Shown here: in pieces, positions 30,762-41,055 of the stretch
Layout: each line of letters opens with the position of its first letter
Numbering within the stretch: the stretch's first letter is position 1
IMG/VR virus record: IMGVR_UViG_3300024346_000003
Strand: one strand, 5' to 3'
Length of the DNA: 64,000 bases
Origin: a virus
Lineage: Duplodnaviria; Caudoviricetes
Notes under the pieces: generated by a model
What the model was told of the DNA's origin: nothing
The model's input: only the letters and a program-made list of their open reading frames with translations
The model's database searches: none
Program-made: the position numbers and the translations under genes

Positions 30762-30842
30762 CTGTCTACTATTTTAGTGTTTGTTATTAATGATAAATAT
30801 CAACACACACTAGCTAAATCTATAAAATTGATTATATTTTCT

Positions 30843-31163
30843 TTAGAAATTGTTAATTTTATTATACAATCTATAAAGTTCTGGACTTAAGTTTTTTAAC
30901 TCATTTAAAACCTGGATACATGCCTCATTTGGTGGGATATTATCGGTTAATTTATATTGCAATTCCTTAACCTTAAGGGCATCTTTTATATTATATTTTA
31001 ATTCTAAAATAACTTGATTGTAAGTGGCCCATTCATTTTTGGTTTTTAAATCACCATTGAATAAATTTTCAGTTATTTTATCTTCATATGCATGCTCTAA
31101 ATAAGTATCAAATGGGCCATATACTTCCCTTAATTTTTCCCTTATTTTGGCGTTAATGTTCAC
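30843..31163 (-). CDS. hypothetical protein (paralog of 30426..30761)
   Basis: same pattern; KIREKLREV N-terminus. Confidence 0.6.
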   Translation of the reverse strand: MNINAKIREKLREVYGPFDTYLEHAYEDKITENLFNGDLKTKNEWATYNQVILELKYNIKDALKVKELQYKLTDNIPPNEACIQVLNELKNLSPELYRLYNKINNF

Positions 31164-31173
31164 AACATCTATC

Positions 31174-31518
31174 TTACTTTAGTGTTATATTTTTAGATAA
31201 CATACCATCTTTAATTTCATCACGGTACCAATCATCAATTACTTGCTTAAGAAATTCTTCACCACAAATTCCATGGTAGGTATACTTAAAATAATCTAAA
31301 AGGTCTTTAGCGTTAATTATGCTATCATCAGCTTTGACTTTAAATCTAGGTTGTTCATTATAGTCATGATAATCTTTCACTATAGCAGTTACCTTTTCGT
31401 AGTTGTTATTTAAGTTATCTAAAACTTCATCCAATACAATATGATAATCCCCTTCCTTAATCAAGGGTTTTATAATTTTATTATACTGCGATTCCGTTAT
31501 TATAATTTTCTTTATCAT
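31174..31518 (-). CDS. hypothetical protein with KIIITESQ tag
   Basis: start reassigned to MIKK; TATTTATA directly upstream. Confidence 0.6.
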   Translation of the reverse strand: MIKKIIITESQYNKIIKPLIKEGDYHIVLDEVLDNLNNNYEKVTAIVKDYHDYNEQPRFKVKADDSIINAKDLLDYFKYTYHGICGEEFLKQVIDDWYRDEIKDGMLSKNITLK

Positions 31519-31570
31519 TATAATATAAATATCAGTATAAAACAAAAAAAGCGGGAAAACCCGCTTTAAA

Positions 31571-31879
31571 TTATTCTATAAAAATCCTTAAACCCTCAAG
31601 GGTTTGTGAACCAGATATTCGTCTATCAACATTACCACCCTTAAATAATACTAATGTTGGGATACTCCTAATTTGATACTGTAATGCTAATGAGTTATTA
31701 TCATCAACGTTAAGCTTTACGACCACAACTGAGTCAGTTTCATTTGCTAGGTCTTCTAATAATGGACCAATCGTTTTACAAGGTCCACACCATGGGGCCC
31801 AAAAATCTACTAAAACTGGTTTAGCTGATTTCAACACTAATTCTTCAAAATTAGTTAAATTTACTTCTTGTACTTTCAT
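31571..31879 (-). CDS. trxA: thioredoxin
   Basis: VLVDFWAPWCGPCK active site, IRSIPTL. Confidence 0.95.
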   Translation of the reverse strand: MKVQEVNLTNFEELVLKSAKPVLVDFWAPWCGPCKTIGPLLEDLANETDSVVVVKLNVDDNNSLALQYQIRSIPTLVLFKGGNVDRRISGSQTLEGLRIFIE

Positions 31880-31892
31880 AACTTTTTATTTA

Positions 31893-32240
31893 TTAAATAT
31901 TTTTAGATGCACTAAAAACTGTATTTACTAAAGATATTGATTCATAAGATTTTTCCCAAACCTTATCATTTAAAAAATCATACATATAATTTGCTGATTC
32001 TTCATTTGTCAAACCAAAAAAAATTGATAACCTACCCAAAACCTTATTTAATATTAAATTATCAGTTTTACTAAATGGTAAACTAAATATCATTTTATCA
32101 GATAATGATTTACACATATTTCTAAATGTTTGGTAACCCAAAGCACGAGTAGACCTGTTAATCGATGTTGAACTAAATCTAAACTCATCGTATAAAAAAT
32201 CACAAATATGGTATAAAACAATCTTGTCAAACTTATTCAT
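31893..32240 (-). CDS. hypothetical protein
   Basis: 115 aa ORF upstream of trx. Confidence 0.55.
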   Translation of the reverse strand: MNKFDKIVLYHICDFLYDEFRFSSTSINRSTRALGYQTFRNMCKSLSDKMIFSLPFSKTDNLILNKVLGRLSIFFGLTNEESANYMYDFLNDKVWEKSYESISLVNTVFSASKNI

Positions 32241-32326
32241 TAGGTTGATATTTTTATTTTTTTAAAATTACTATTTAAAATTTAAAAAAACATATTTATT
32301 TAAGTAAAATGTTATAATTAAAATGG

Positions 32327-32638
32327 ATGAGGAAGTTAAGACCACAGAAAAAGACGAATGGGAAGAGTTTGGTGACCATACCATCACTAGTTTCTGATAA
32401 TATAATAAATAATCTGGTATTTAAATACCTGAAAAATGTTTATCCAATATTACGAATAAAAATAGATGGAAAGTTTAAAAGAGCTATAATGGTTAACAGT
32501 ATTTGTTATTCAGTATCCCAACATAAAAATAGTTTTATCCCAACGATAGTTAACGACATATCTAGAACATTCGATTTAGAACATATCGATTCCAAATCAG
32601 TTGTATTCGATTACTTCAAATTTAAAACTTACCTGTAG
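32327..32638 (+). CDS. hypothetical basic protein
   Basis: 103 aa ORF. Confidence 0.5.
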   Translation: MRKLRPQKKTNGKSLVTIPSLVSDNIINNLVFKYLKNVYPILRIKIDGKFKRAIMVNSICYSVSQHKNSFIPTIVNDISRTFDLEHIDSKSVVFDYFKFKTYL

Positions 32639-32773
32639 TGTTATAAAGGTATAAAGACCTTAAATAATATAGGAAGAATAAAATTCCAGCCATAAAGGAA
32701 AACGTTGTTTTAGCTGAATAGATAACATATAATGATATTATTATCATCGTGTGGTAAAATAATTTGTTCATAA

Positions 32774-33349
32774 TCACCAAGATTCTATTTTTTTAAATTT
32801 TAACTCTGAAATGTATGTGTAATTTTGGTTGTCTATTGACGTATAACCCTCTTGAATATAGAAATACACAGTCGAATCAGAATAGTCGCATATAGTGGCT
32901 GTAATTGGCCTAGAAGAACCACCCATTTGCATATTAGCAGATGTTGATTGTGGATTTTCCATAATTGTCCAGTTATTATTAGTTACATAAAAACCATATG
33001 GGTTTTGAGTGTCACCATTCAATACAAAATCACCATAACCTGGAACACTTGGTGGTTGATAAAAAGACCAAGTAGTTACATTAATCTCAATAGCTTCAAT
33101 GTCAAATAATGAACCATCATAATTTAAACTACTTGTGGTTTTACCTGGACCAAAATGGTCATATTTTGTTTTTTGACCAGTTTCCATGTTTTCAACGTAC
33201 ATAGAACCACCAACTAATACCCATTTTCCATATATACCAATTTCTTGATTAACTTCAGTTGGTACTTGAGAGTTTGGTTGAATATCTTCCTTCTTACAAG
33301 AAGTTAAAACCAAAAATGATGCGATAATTAAATAAATTAAACTTTTCAT
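32774..33349 (-). CDS. Bacteroidota-type lipoprotein
   Basis: signal peptide II FLVLTS-C followed by KKED; TATATTTG promoter upstream. Confidence 0.75.
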   Translation of the reverse strand: MKSLIYLIIASFLVLTSCKKEDIQPNSQVPTEVNQEIGIYGKWVLVGGSMYVENMETGQKTKYDHFGPGKTTSSLNYDGSLFDIEAIEINVTTWSFYQPPSVPGYGDFVLNGDTQNPYGFYVTNNNWTIMENPQSTSANMQMGGSSRPITATICDYSDSTVYFYIQEGYTSIDNQNYTYISELKFKKIESW

Positions 33350-33411
33350 ATTATGTATTTTTTAATGTTTATATTACAAATATAAGTATAATTTATTAAT
33401 CTACCAAATTT

Positions 33412-33855
33412 TTAATCTAAATTTATTGATTCAATATCTGAAAACACTTCTTTAGTCTTTTCATTATCGTCAACAAAATTACCTAAATCATTTATTATTG
33501 TTAATAACACATTTATTTTATCCATATTTTTGTAGTATACTTTCTCTAAAGCATTATGCGTTGGTTCCCACTTATCATAATAAGTATCCTCATCAAATGA
33601 TTTAAAATATTGCTCAAATTCAGCAGATATTTTTGAATTTTGAGCATCTAACGAATAAACCATATTATAAACAGGGTTAATTTCAACCTCACCATTTATT
33701 AGTTCAGCAACGTTAATAAAACTAATACTATTATATGTCTTATTTAATTGATTTGTTATATTAACTAATCTACTATTATAATCAGCAATAGTATTTTCAC
33801 CTTCCTTTAATAATTCCAGCATCTTAAGTTGTGCTTCAGTAATAATAATCTTCAT
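33412..33855 (-). CDS. hypothetical protein with KIIITEAQ tag
   Basis: 147 aa; TATTTAT upstream. Confidence 0.65.
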   Translation of the reverse strand: MKIIITEAQLKMLELLKEGENTIADYNSRLVNITNQLNKTYNSISFINVAELINGEVEINPVYNMVYSLDAQNSKISAEFEQYFKSFDEDTYYDKWEPTHNALEKVYYKNMDKINVLLTIINDLGNFVDDNEKTKEVFSDIESINLD

Positions 33856-33902
33856 AAAAATATTTTATTGATAAATATCAAGCAATTATCATATGTTTAA
33901 AT

Positions 33903-34391
33903 TTATTTTGTTAAACTTTTAGGAATCACCCTAACCTTAAAATATTTTTTAAATTGATATCTAGGTATTAAATACCCTTTTGTATTACTACCTAAATCAC
34001 CACTATCATTGTGCACTTTAAATTCATTTTCAGAAATTAACTCACGTAACTTGTCTGATTTAATATACCACATCTCACGAAAGTGCTTAAAATATGTTAC
34101 AAACCATTCAGCTTTTGTTACAGTAATACCACTATCCTTACCCCTAGATGCAAATTCAATGAATATATTACCAGTATCAAAATCAGGTCTACAAAATACA
34201 TCAGTTTTAATTTCATAACTAACTAATTTATAAGTTGATGAGCCCCTAATGGGCATTTTCATTATTAAATCATGTGAATTATCTTTATTATCTTCAACAA
34301 ACTCACCACCAACTGATTCCAAGTCTAATCTAACTCGATATTCACCTTCTTCACCCAGTTCAATATCTTTTTCAAAATTATAATTTGCCAT
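33903..34391 (-). CDS. PD-(D/E)xK restriction-endonuclease-like protein
   Basis: GEEGE...HDL...YEIKTD...TGNIFIEF..RGK.SGI. Confidence 0.7.
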   Translation of the reverse strand: MANYNFEKDIELGEEGEYRVRLDLESVGGEFVEDNKDNSHDLIMKMPIRGSSTYKLVSYEIKTDVFCRPDFDTGNIFIEFASRGKDSGITVTKAEWFVTYFKHFREMWYIKSDKLRELISENEFKVHNDSGDLGSNTKGYLIPRYQFKKYFKVRVIPKSLTK

Positions 34392-34444
34392 AAATGCAAA
34401 GATATGTGAATTTTATTAATAAAGCAAATATTTATTGATGTATT

Positions 34445-35200
34445 ATGAAAGATTTTATTCAAAATAGATTAAGAATATTAATAGAAGATGTATCTGATAG
34501 AGATAGTGACTTAAATGTACCACCAATTATTAAATATGGTGGCCCTTCCCATGGGTATGAAGCTGAAGATATATATTTTATGTTAAATGCTGCAACTCAA
34601 CTAGCTAATCAAATGCCACCAGAAACTATAGCAATTACATATGGTAATGGTGGATATGAATATATGCTATCACAAACCAGAGATGGTAATTTTATATTTA
34701 GAGGTAAACCAACAACAAAATATTTTGAACCTGGTGATTTTAAATTATCAGATAATGGTAAAACATTATACATGTATACTATGGCATGTTCAAAATATTC
34801 AGATACACCATGTACAACAATATACAATCCAATGGTTGATTCAAAAATAAAAGTATTAGTTGACCCAAGTATGAAACAAGCTATTATTGATTTCGTTAAA
34901 GGCGGTTCTAGTTATTTAGATGATAAAGGTGTTGAAATACAAGCAGCTAAAATGTCACCAGATGAATTAGAAAGATTAGCTGGTAAAGAAGATTTATATG
35001 CAAAACGAGGTCAACAACAAAAAAGCTTCGATGATACTGAACTTGAACTTAGGGAAAAACTGAATGATTTGAAACTAGCTAGACTAAATTCAAAAGACCA
35101 ATCAGAAGTTAAAAAAATTAGAGGTATTGAAGGTCAGTTAATGGTTCAATTAAAAGCAATTGAAAAAGAAAAAAATAAAAGAAGAAGCAGTAATATATGA
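34445..35200 (+). CDS. hypothetical protein with MKDFIQNRLR tag
   Basis: 251 aa; TATTTAT upstream. Confidence 0.65.
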   Translation: MKDFIQNRLRILIEDVSDRDSDLNVPPIIKYGGPSHGYEAEDIYFMLNAATQLANQMPPETIAITYGNGGYEYMLSQTRDGNFIFRGKPTTKYFEPGDFKLSDNGKTLYMYTMACSKYSDTPCTTIYNPMVDSKIKVLVDPSMKQAIIDFVKGGSSYLDDKGVEIQAAKMSPDELERLAGKEDLYAKRGQQQKSFDDTELELREKLNDLKLARLNSKDQSEVKKIRGIEGQLMVQLKAIEKEKNKRRSSNI

Positions 35201-35595
35201 AATCATTTATAAAACAATTACTTAATGAAGAATTTGAAACAATGCCAAAAAAAGCAATTGTCCAAAAATTCATGGATTTTGTTATTGACCATCTAGGTAT
35301 TAATGATAAGGTAAATGCTATTCTAACAAATGAAAAAGATGGTATCAAAACTACCGCAGTTTACGATAGTTCAGATGGTTCCATAAAAATCTATATTAAA
35401 AATAGAGCAATTGTTGATATATTAAGGTCACTAGCACATGAAATGGTTCACCATAAACAAAGACAACGTGGTGACCTTGAAAATAACCCAACAGCTGGTG
35501 ATGACGGTTCGCCAGAAGAAAATGAAGCAAACGCTAAAGCTGGTGAATTAATTAGAATATTTGGTAAACAAAATCCTGAAATTTACGAATCTTAA
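35197..35595 (+). CDS. HExxH zinc metallopeptidase (ImmA/IrrE-like)
   Basis: LAHEMVHHKQ...ENEANAKAG; MKSFIKQLLNEE tag. Confidence 0.75.
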   Translation: MKSFIKQLLNEEFETMPKKAIVQKFMDFVIDHLGINDKVNAILTNEKDGIKTTAVYDSSDGSIKIYIKNRAIVDILRSLAHEMVHHKQRQRGDLENNPTAGDDGSPEENEANAKAGELIRIFGKQNPEIYES

Positions 35596-36737
35596 AAGAT
35601 ATCATTTAAATTAAAAATGTCATCTAACATTACACTATTAGATAGTTCACCTAAATCTTTATATACACTCTTATTACATTTATCTAGTTCAGATATTACT
35701 AAATCATACAACTCTTTAGGTGCTTCACAATTTTTATAACCCCTAAATTGTCCTATAATTAACTCTAAATTACCCTTAACCCACTTGTGTCTTAATTCTA
35801 ACGTGTAACCATCGATATGATATATAGCACAGCTACCGTTTTCAACCTTACTTATGTATGTGGCAACACAATGGTTATTAACCCTACCTTCATGAGCCAT
35901 TTCTTTAGATGTTTTTAAAATTTTAAATCCACTTTTTTCTGAAAAATCCAAATATTTCTCAGAAATGCTAAGCTCCCTATCACCATCAATAAAAACAACA
36001 TCAGTTATCTCCCTGGCCCAAGTATCATGCTCTAATTTCAAACGCTTTGCTGACCAAGAACAATTAACTTTCTTATTTAATGTTTTGGCCATTTTAACTG
36101 TATCGTAAAATAACCCAAAATCATATTTAGGTAATGTGTTATGTAAGTTATCAATATTAATCATATATTCAACGTAAAATCTTAAATAAATTACACGACT
36201 ATCACTTTTAGTCAACTCATATAAAATTTTAGCACAAGGTAATGGAACTTTATACTGATATCTTAGTGCTTTATCAAGTGAAAATAGTTTTTTACTATAT
36301 ATAGTACTTAATGAAGTGCTATGAATAACATTATGTTCAGTTAAATACCTAAGCCATGGTAATCGCTTAATCATTTCGGTTATTACAATATTACTATTTT
36401 GACAACTTAATAGATTTGCGAAAACTAAAGGTTTTATATTCTTACCACTTTTGTAATAAAACTTATTAGCCCTTTTCATAATAGAAAATTCACGACTTTC
36501 TCTATTATACATTTTATCAGTTTTACTAATACCATACTTCCTTACAAATTGTACAATATCAAAATCACCATTTGGTTCATCAAAAACTACTAATCTGGTA
36601 CTTTTAAAAATATGTGAATCGTCATTCATATAGTAAACCCTAGCCTTAAATTTATCCTTCGCATAAATCCTAAACAATGTATCAACAACTGGTGATTGAT
36701 GCGAATATAATTCTGTATAAACAAATTCTTTACTCAT
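35592..36737 (-). CDS. PcfJ-like domain protein
   Basis: EMAHEGRVNNHCVATY...IYHI...TLE...QFRG..N C-terminal pattern. Confidence 0.65.
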   Translation of the reverse strand: MSKEFVYTELYSHQSPVVDTLFRIYAKDKFKARVYYMNDDSHIFKSTRLVVFDEPNGDFDIVQFVRKYGISKTDKMYNRESREFSIMKRANKFYYKSGKNIKPLVFANLLSCQNSNIVITEMIKRLPWLRYLTEHNVIHSTSLSTIYSKKLFSLDKALRYQYKVPLPCAKILYELTKSDSRVIYLRFYVEYMINIDNLHNTLPKYDFGLFYDTVKMAKTLNKKVNCSWSAKRLKLEHDTWAREITDVVFIDGDRELSISEKYLDFSEKSGFKILKTSKEMAHEGRVNNHCVATYISKVENGSCAIYHIDGYTLELRHKWVKGNLELIIGQFRGYKNCEAPKELYDLVISELDKCNKSVYKDLGELSNSVMLDDIFNLNDIF

Positions 36738-36755
36738 AATAATAATTTTTAGTCT

Positions 36756-36835
36756 TGCAAATATACAAATAATTTATTCATAAACAAAATTATTTTTATT
36801 TTTTTTGCATAATTGAAAAATAAATACTATATTTG
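36756..36835. promoter_or_regulatory. divergent pair of Bacteroidota-type promoters
   Basis: TATATTTG on minus (~36757-36764) and on plus (36828-36835). Confidence 0.65.
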
Positions 36836-36853
36836 TATCCTAAATTAAATGTT

Positions 36854-37111
36854 ATGCCAGATTTTTATGTAGATAGTCTTGATATAAGCCCATCAGATTT
36901 TATCGAGGAGTGCTCAAGTAGTGAAATTACCCAATTAATTGAAATATTAATTGAAGACGGTTATATTGATACTAAAACAGTTATCAAAGGTGATAACCAA
37001 AACCCTGATGATGAATTATTTGCACAATCATTACTCAAAATATCAGAATATAAATACCGATTAACTAATGAGGAAGAAGAACTTATTAATAAAATTGCAA
37101 ATAGACTATGA
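36854..37111 (+). CDS. hypothetical acidic protein
   Basis: first gene of plus-strand operon; start reassigned to MPDF. Confidence 0.6.
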   Translation: MPDFYVDSLDISPSDFIEECSSSEITQLIEILIEDGYIDTKTVIKGDNQNPDDELFAQSLLKISEYKYRLTNEEEELINKIANRL

Positions 37112-37455
37112 AAATATCATTTGACTTTGATTCAACCCTTACTGAGGAAAACAATCAGAAATTAGCAAAGAAATTTATTGATGATGGTCATGAAGTGTGG
37201 ATTACAACATCCAGATTATCATCAGACCATGGTAGGTCAAAAGGGTGGCCATGGATTATCACCCAAAATGATAAATTATTTGCAATTGCTAAAGACTTAG
37301 GAATTCCAGAAGATAAAATTAAATTCACAGAAGGTGATGATAAATGGAAATCTTTATATACCTTTGACATTCACTTTGATGATGATGATGTGGAAATTGA
37401 ACTAATCAATGAAAACCTACCTGATTGTTGTGGTATATTATTGTATAAAAAATAA
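37108..37455 (+). CDS. HAD-superfamily hydrolase-like protein
   Basis: ISFDFDSTL motif I, ITTSR motif II, HFDDD motif IV. Confidence 0.75.
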   Translation: MKISFDFDSTLTEENNQKLAKKFIDDGHEVWITTSRLSSDHGRSKGWPWIITQNDKLFAIAKDLGIPEDKIKFTEGDDKWKSLYTFDIHFDDDDVEIELINENLPDCCGILLYKK

Positions 37456-37462
37456 ATTAACT

Positions 37463-37675
37463 ATGAGGGATACAAAATATAAAACAATAACGATTACGGT
37501 GGAATTATCTGAATTTGCGTATACACATAGGCATGAAATCGATGAATTAACTACAAGATTAATTAGAGAGACTAGTAGAAAAATAAATAGAACTATCAAA
37601 TCACATAATAGATTTAAAGATTATAAAATTAATGCTGATAGTATAACAATTAAAACATTTCCAAATAATATATAG
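37463..37675 (+). CDS. hypothetical protein
   Basis: start reassigned to MRDTK. Confidence 0.5.
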   Translation: MRDTKYKTITITVELSEFAYTHRHEIDELTTRLIRETSRKINRTIKSHNRFKDYKINADSITIKTFPNNI

Positions 37676-37676
37676 T

Positions 37677-38543
37677 ATGTTAGAATTAAATTTAGTAAAT
37701 CAAGAAGCAAGTGATATTAAATATAAAATATCCAAATTCCCAGATGGTCAACAAGATGTTACCATCATAAACTTAGGTATCACAAATGAAGTTATGATTA
37801 AATCAGAATTCAATAACTTTAAAGATTTGGAGTTAATCTTATGTGCAACAAAAGCACTTAAAAATATGCAAGTTGAAAGAATTCACTTATATATCCCATA
37901 TATTCTTGGGGCTAGAAGTGATAGACAATTTGTTCATGGTGGCACATCCTACTTAAGAGATATAATCGCACCAATATTAAATGCTCAAAATTATATAACA
38001 GTTACATGCATAGATGCACATAGTGATGTTGCAGCAGCTTGTATCAATAATTTAACAGTTAATGATAATTCTTGGTTCGTTAAAACAGCATTAAATAAAA
38101 ATGGTAAAAATATTAATGAATTTACATTAGTATCACCAGATGCTGGAGCCCTTAAAAAAATCTATAATTTAGGTGAAAAATTAGATTATAAAAAAGAGAT
38201 GTTAATAGCATCTAAACATAGGGATATTGAAAGTGGTCAAATCATTAGTACATATGTACCACTTAAAGCTGGTGAACACACACATAATAATTTCTTAATC
38301 GTTGACGATATCTGTGACGGTGGTAGAACATTTATTGAAATTGCAAAAGCAATCCACGAAATGAGACCAGATGCTAAAGTATCACTAGCAGTAACACATG
38401 GCATCTTCTCAAAAAACCTTTTGGAATTAAGTCACCATATTGAACATATCTATTGTACAGACTCAGTTAAAGAGATTAATGTTGATTCATATTCTGACTA
38501 TACTGTTGATAATAGTTTCATGACTCAAATTAACGTATATTAA
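37677..38543 (+). CDS. prs: ribose-phosphate pyrophosphokinase homolog (candidate NARP1 Adps)
   Basis: KFPDGQ, PYILGARSDR, DAHSDVA, VSPDAGALKK, IVDDICDGGRTF, VTHGIFS. Confidence 0.9.
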   Translation: MLELNLVNQEASDIKYKISKFPDGQQDVTIINLGITNEVMIKSEFNNFKDLELILCATKALKNMQVERIHLYIPYILGARSDRQFVHGGTSYLRDIIAPILNAQNYITVTCIDAHSDVAAACINNLTVNDNSWFVKTALNKNGKNINEFTLVSPDAGALKKIYNLGEKLDYKKEMLIASKHRDIESGQIISTYVPLKAGEHTHNNFLIVDDICDGGRTFIEIAKAIHEMRPDAKVSLAVTHGIFSKNLLELSHHIEHIYCTDSVKEINVDSYSDYTVDNSFMTQINVY

Positions 38544-38544
38544 T

Positions 38545-39024
38545 ATGAAGGAAATTAAACCACCACACTCAATAATGAAAAACTCAGAAAAAAATTATAC
38601 AAAGATTTTTTTAGCTGGGACTATTGAGATGGGTAATTCTGAAGATTGGCAAACCAAAATATCGGAACTGTTATCCGATAAACCCTTCACAATACTAAAC
38701 CCAAGACGTGTTGATTGGGACTCATCATGGTCTCAAGAATTTGAGAACCCACAGTTCTACCAACAAGTTACCTGGGAATTAAATGCCCTAGATAAAGCTG
38801 ATATTATTATCTTATACCTATTGCCAGACTCAAAATCACCAATATCATTACTAGAACTAGGCCTATATGCCGCTAGTGGTAAATTATTAGTGTGTTGCCC
38901 TAAAGGATTCTGGAGAAAAGGTAATGTAGACATCGTTTGTGAACGATTTAATATACCAATTTACGATAATATCGGCGAATTGTTGCATAATAACTTTTTT
39001 ATTACTAACTTTGAAGAAAAATAA
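38545..39024 (+). CDS. nucleoside 2-deoxyribosyltransferase-like protein
   Basis: IFLAGTI...WQ...ILNPRR...QVTWE...AD...SPISLLELG...GNVDIVC. Confidence 0.8.
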   Translation: MKEIKPPHSIMKNSEKNYTKIFLAGTIEMGNSEDWQTKISELLSDKPFTILNPRRVDWDSSWSQEFENPQFYQQVTWELNALDKADIIILYLLPDSKSPISLLELGLYAASGKLLVCCPKGFWRKGNVDIVCERFNIPIYDNIGELLHNNFFITNFEEK

Positions 39025-39030
39025 ATAAAT

Positions 39031-40539
39031 ATGAGAATTAATCCTTTATTACTTACTGATGGGTATAAAACTGCACATCATAATATGTACCCAAAAGGTA
39101 CAACACTAGTTTATTCAAACTTTACACCAAGAACCAATAAATACGCACCAAAAGGTTGTGACCAAGTTATGTCATTTGGTCAACAAATGATTATGAAAAT
39201 TATCCATGAAGCATTTCAAGATGATTTCTTCTCACAACCAAAAGATGTGGTATGCGGTGAAATGAAACGTGAATTATCAATGTATTTAAATACAGATTAT
39301 GATGTATCACACTTTGAAGACCTTTGGGACTTGCAATACTTACCAATTAATGTAAAATCAATCGAAGAAGGTACTTTAGTGGGTATTAAAATTCCAGTAT
39401 TGACAATTTATAATACACATCCAGATTTTTATTGGATTACAAATTACTTGGAAACAATAATATCAAATCTATTGTGGAAACCAATAACTTCAGCATCAAT
39501 TGCACATACATACCGTAAAGTGTTAACCAAATGGCAAGAAAAAACCGATTCTGAAAAATCATGGTTCATTGATTGGCAAGGACACGATTTCTCAATGAGA
39601 GGTATGGACTCAATCGATGCAACAATCTCATCTGGCCTTGGACACCTAACATCATTCTCAGGTTCCGATAGCTTACCAGCAATCTATGGTGCAAGAAAAT
39701 ACTATAATGAAACTGGATTTATCTCTGGCTCAGTTAATGCAACAGAACACTCCGTAATGTGCGCTGGAACTAAAGATGATGAAATTGGAACATTCCGCAA
39801 CCTTATGGAAACTTACCCAACTGGTATCCTATCTATAGTATCAGATACTTGGGACTTGTGGAAAGTATGTACAGAACATATTGTTACTTTAAAAGAAGAA
39901 ATTTTGGCTCGTGACGGTAAATTAGTTATTCGTCCTGACTCTGGTGACCCAGTGGATATTCTTTGTGGTTGGGGCATACCTAATCAAACGTATAGTTTTA
40001 CACCAGGTGAAAAAGTAGACCCAGCATTTAAAGGAGTTATCGAATTGCTTTGGGATGTATTCGGTGGAACAATCAACGAACAAGGTTATAAAGTTCTTGA
40101 CCCACACATTGGTGCAATCTATGGTGATTCAATCACAATCGATAGAGCAGATGAAATCTGTGCTAGATTAGAAGCAAAAGGTTTCGCATCAACAAACGTA
40201 GTATTAGGTATCGGTTCATTCACTTATCAATACAACACTAGAGATACTTTCGGATTTGCAATGAAAGCAACATACGTTGAAGTTAATAAACCTAAGTTTG
40301 ATGGTGACTTTAACCCTGAAGGTAGAGAAATCTTCAAAGACCCAATCACAGATGATGGAACCAAGAAATCAGCAACTGGATTATTGTACGTTACAAAAAT
40401 ATTGAATGAGTATTTTTTAGTTGATAGAGTAACTTGGGGCGAAGAAGAAGGTGGTGAATTACAAACAATCTACAAAGATGGTGAATTCTTAAATCAAACA
40501 ACACTTACCGAAATTAGAAATAGAACCAAAAACTTATGA
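39031..40539 (+). CDS. nadV: nicotinamide phosphoribosyltransferase homolog (candidate NARP1 Namat)
   Basis: TDGYKTAH, NYLET, HDFSMRG, ATEHSVM, SIVSDTWD, VIRPDSGDP, IYGDSIT, KKSATG. Confidence 0.93.
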   Translation: MRINPLLLTDGYKTAHHNMYPKGTTLVYSNFTPRTNKYAPKGCDQVMSFGQQMIMKIIHEAFQDDFFSQPKDVVCGEMKRELSMYLNTDYDVSHFEDLWDLQYLPINVKSIEEGTLVGIKIPVLTIYNTHPDFYWITNYLETIISNLLWKPITSASIAHTYRKVLTKWQEKTDSEKSWFIDWQGHDFSMRGMDSIDATISSGLGHLTSFSGSDSLPAIYGARKYYNETGFISGSVNATEHSVMCAGTKDDEIGTFRNLMETYPTGILSIVSDTWDLWKVCTEHIVTLKEEILARDGKLVIRPDSGDPVDILCGWGIPNQTYSFTPGEKVDPAFKGVIELLWDVFGGTINEQGYKVLDPHIGAIYGDSITIDRADEICARLEAKGFASTNVVLGIGSFTYQYNTRDTFGFAMKATYVEVNKPKFDGDFNPEGREIFKDPITDDGTKKSATGLLYVTKILNEYFLVDRVTWGEEEGGELQTIYKDGEFLNQTTLTEIRNRTKNL

Positions 40540-40730
40540 AAAAATATTATCTACAAGTGATAGGTGGTGGTGTATATAAGTATGAAGTTTATGCAACATC
40601 ATTTCACACACAAACAGCTGGCTCAACATCATTAGGGTATTATGCATTTTATGATGGTAAGAGCTTGGTGGCATGCTACCCAATTGATAGAACACTAATT
40701 GTAAGAATAGATGAAGACGCTGAAGTTTAA
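40536..40730 (+). CDS. hypothetical protein
   Basis: 64 aa, coupled. Confidence 0.55.
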   Translation: MKKYYLQVIGGGVYKYEVYATSFHTQTAGSTSLGYYAFYDGKSLVACYPIDRTLIVRIDEDAEV

Positions 40731-41055
40731 TAAAGAAAATGATAACCGTTGGTATGTGGACCTCCCAGAATGGGAAGGTCCCAAAGCCGACCTGGAAATG
40801 GTTAGCGGTGCTGACACCATGCTAGATATTATCGCACAAGGTGAAGGTACAACAACACTATACATGGACACCGAATATCATGACGGTTTCGAAACACTAC
40901 AGCTAAATAGATTAGCAACCGAATTAGGTAATGGTGCATACTACACAATGGAAAAATATCAAGGGATTGACTTTGACCTGGAAATGTGGCTATGCGATGT
41001 AACCAAATTTGTATTTGATGAATTCCCAACTAAAATATATTTTGTAAAATTATGA
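40711..41055 (+). CDS. hypothetical protein
   Basis: 114 aa, WYVDLPEW..DLEMVSGAD. Confidence 0.65.
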   Translation: MKTLKFNKENDNRWYVDLPEWEGPKADLEMVSGADTMLDIIAQGEGTTTLYMDTEYHDGFETLQLNRLATELGNGAYYTMEKYQGIDFDLEMWLCDVTKFVFDEFPTKIYFVKL

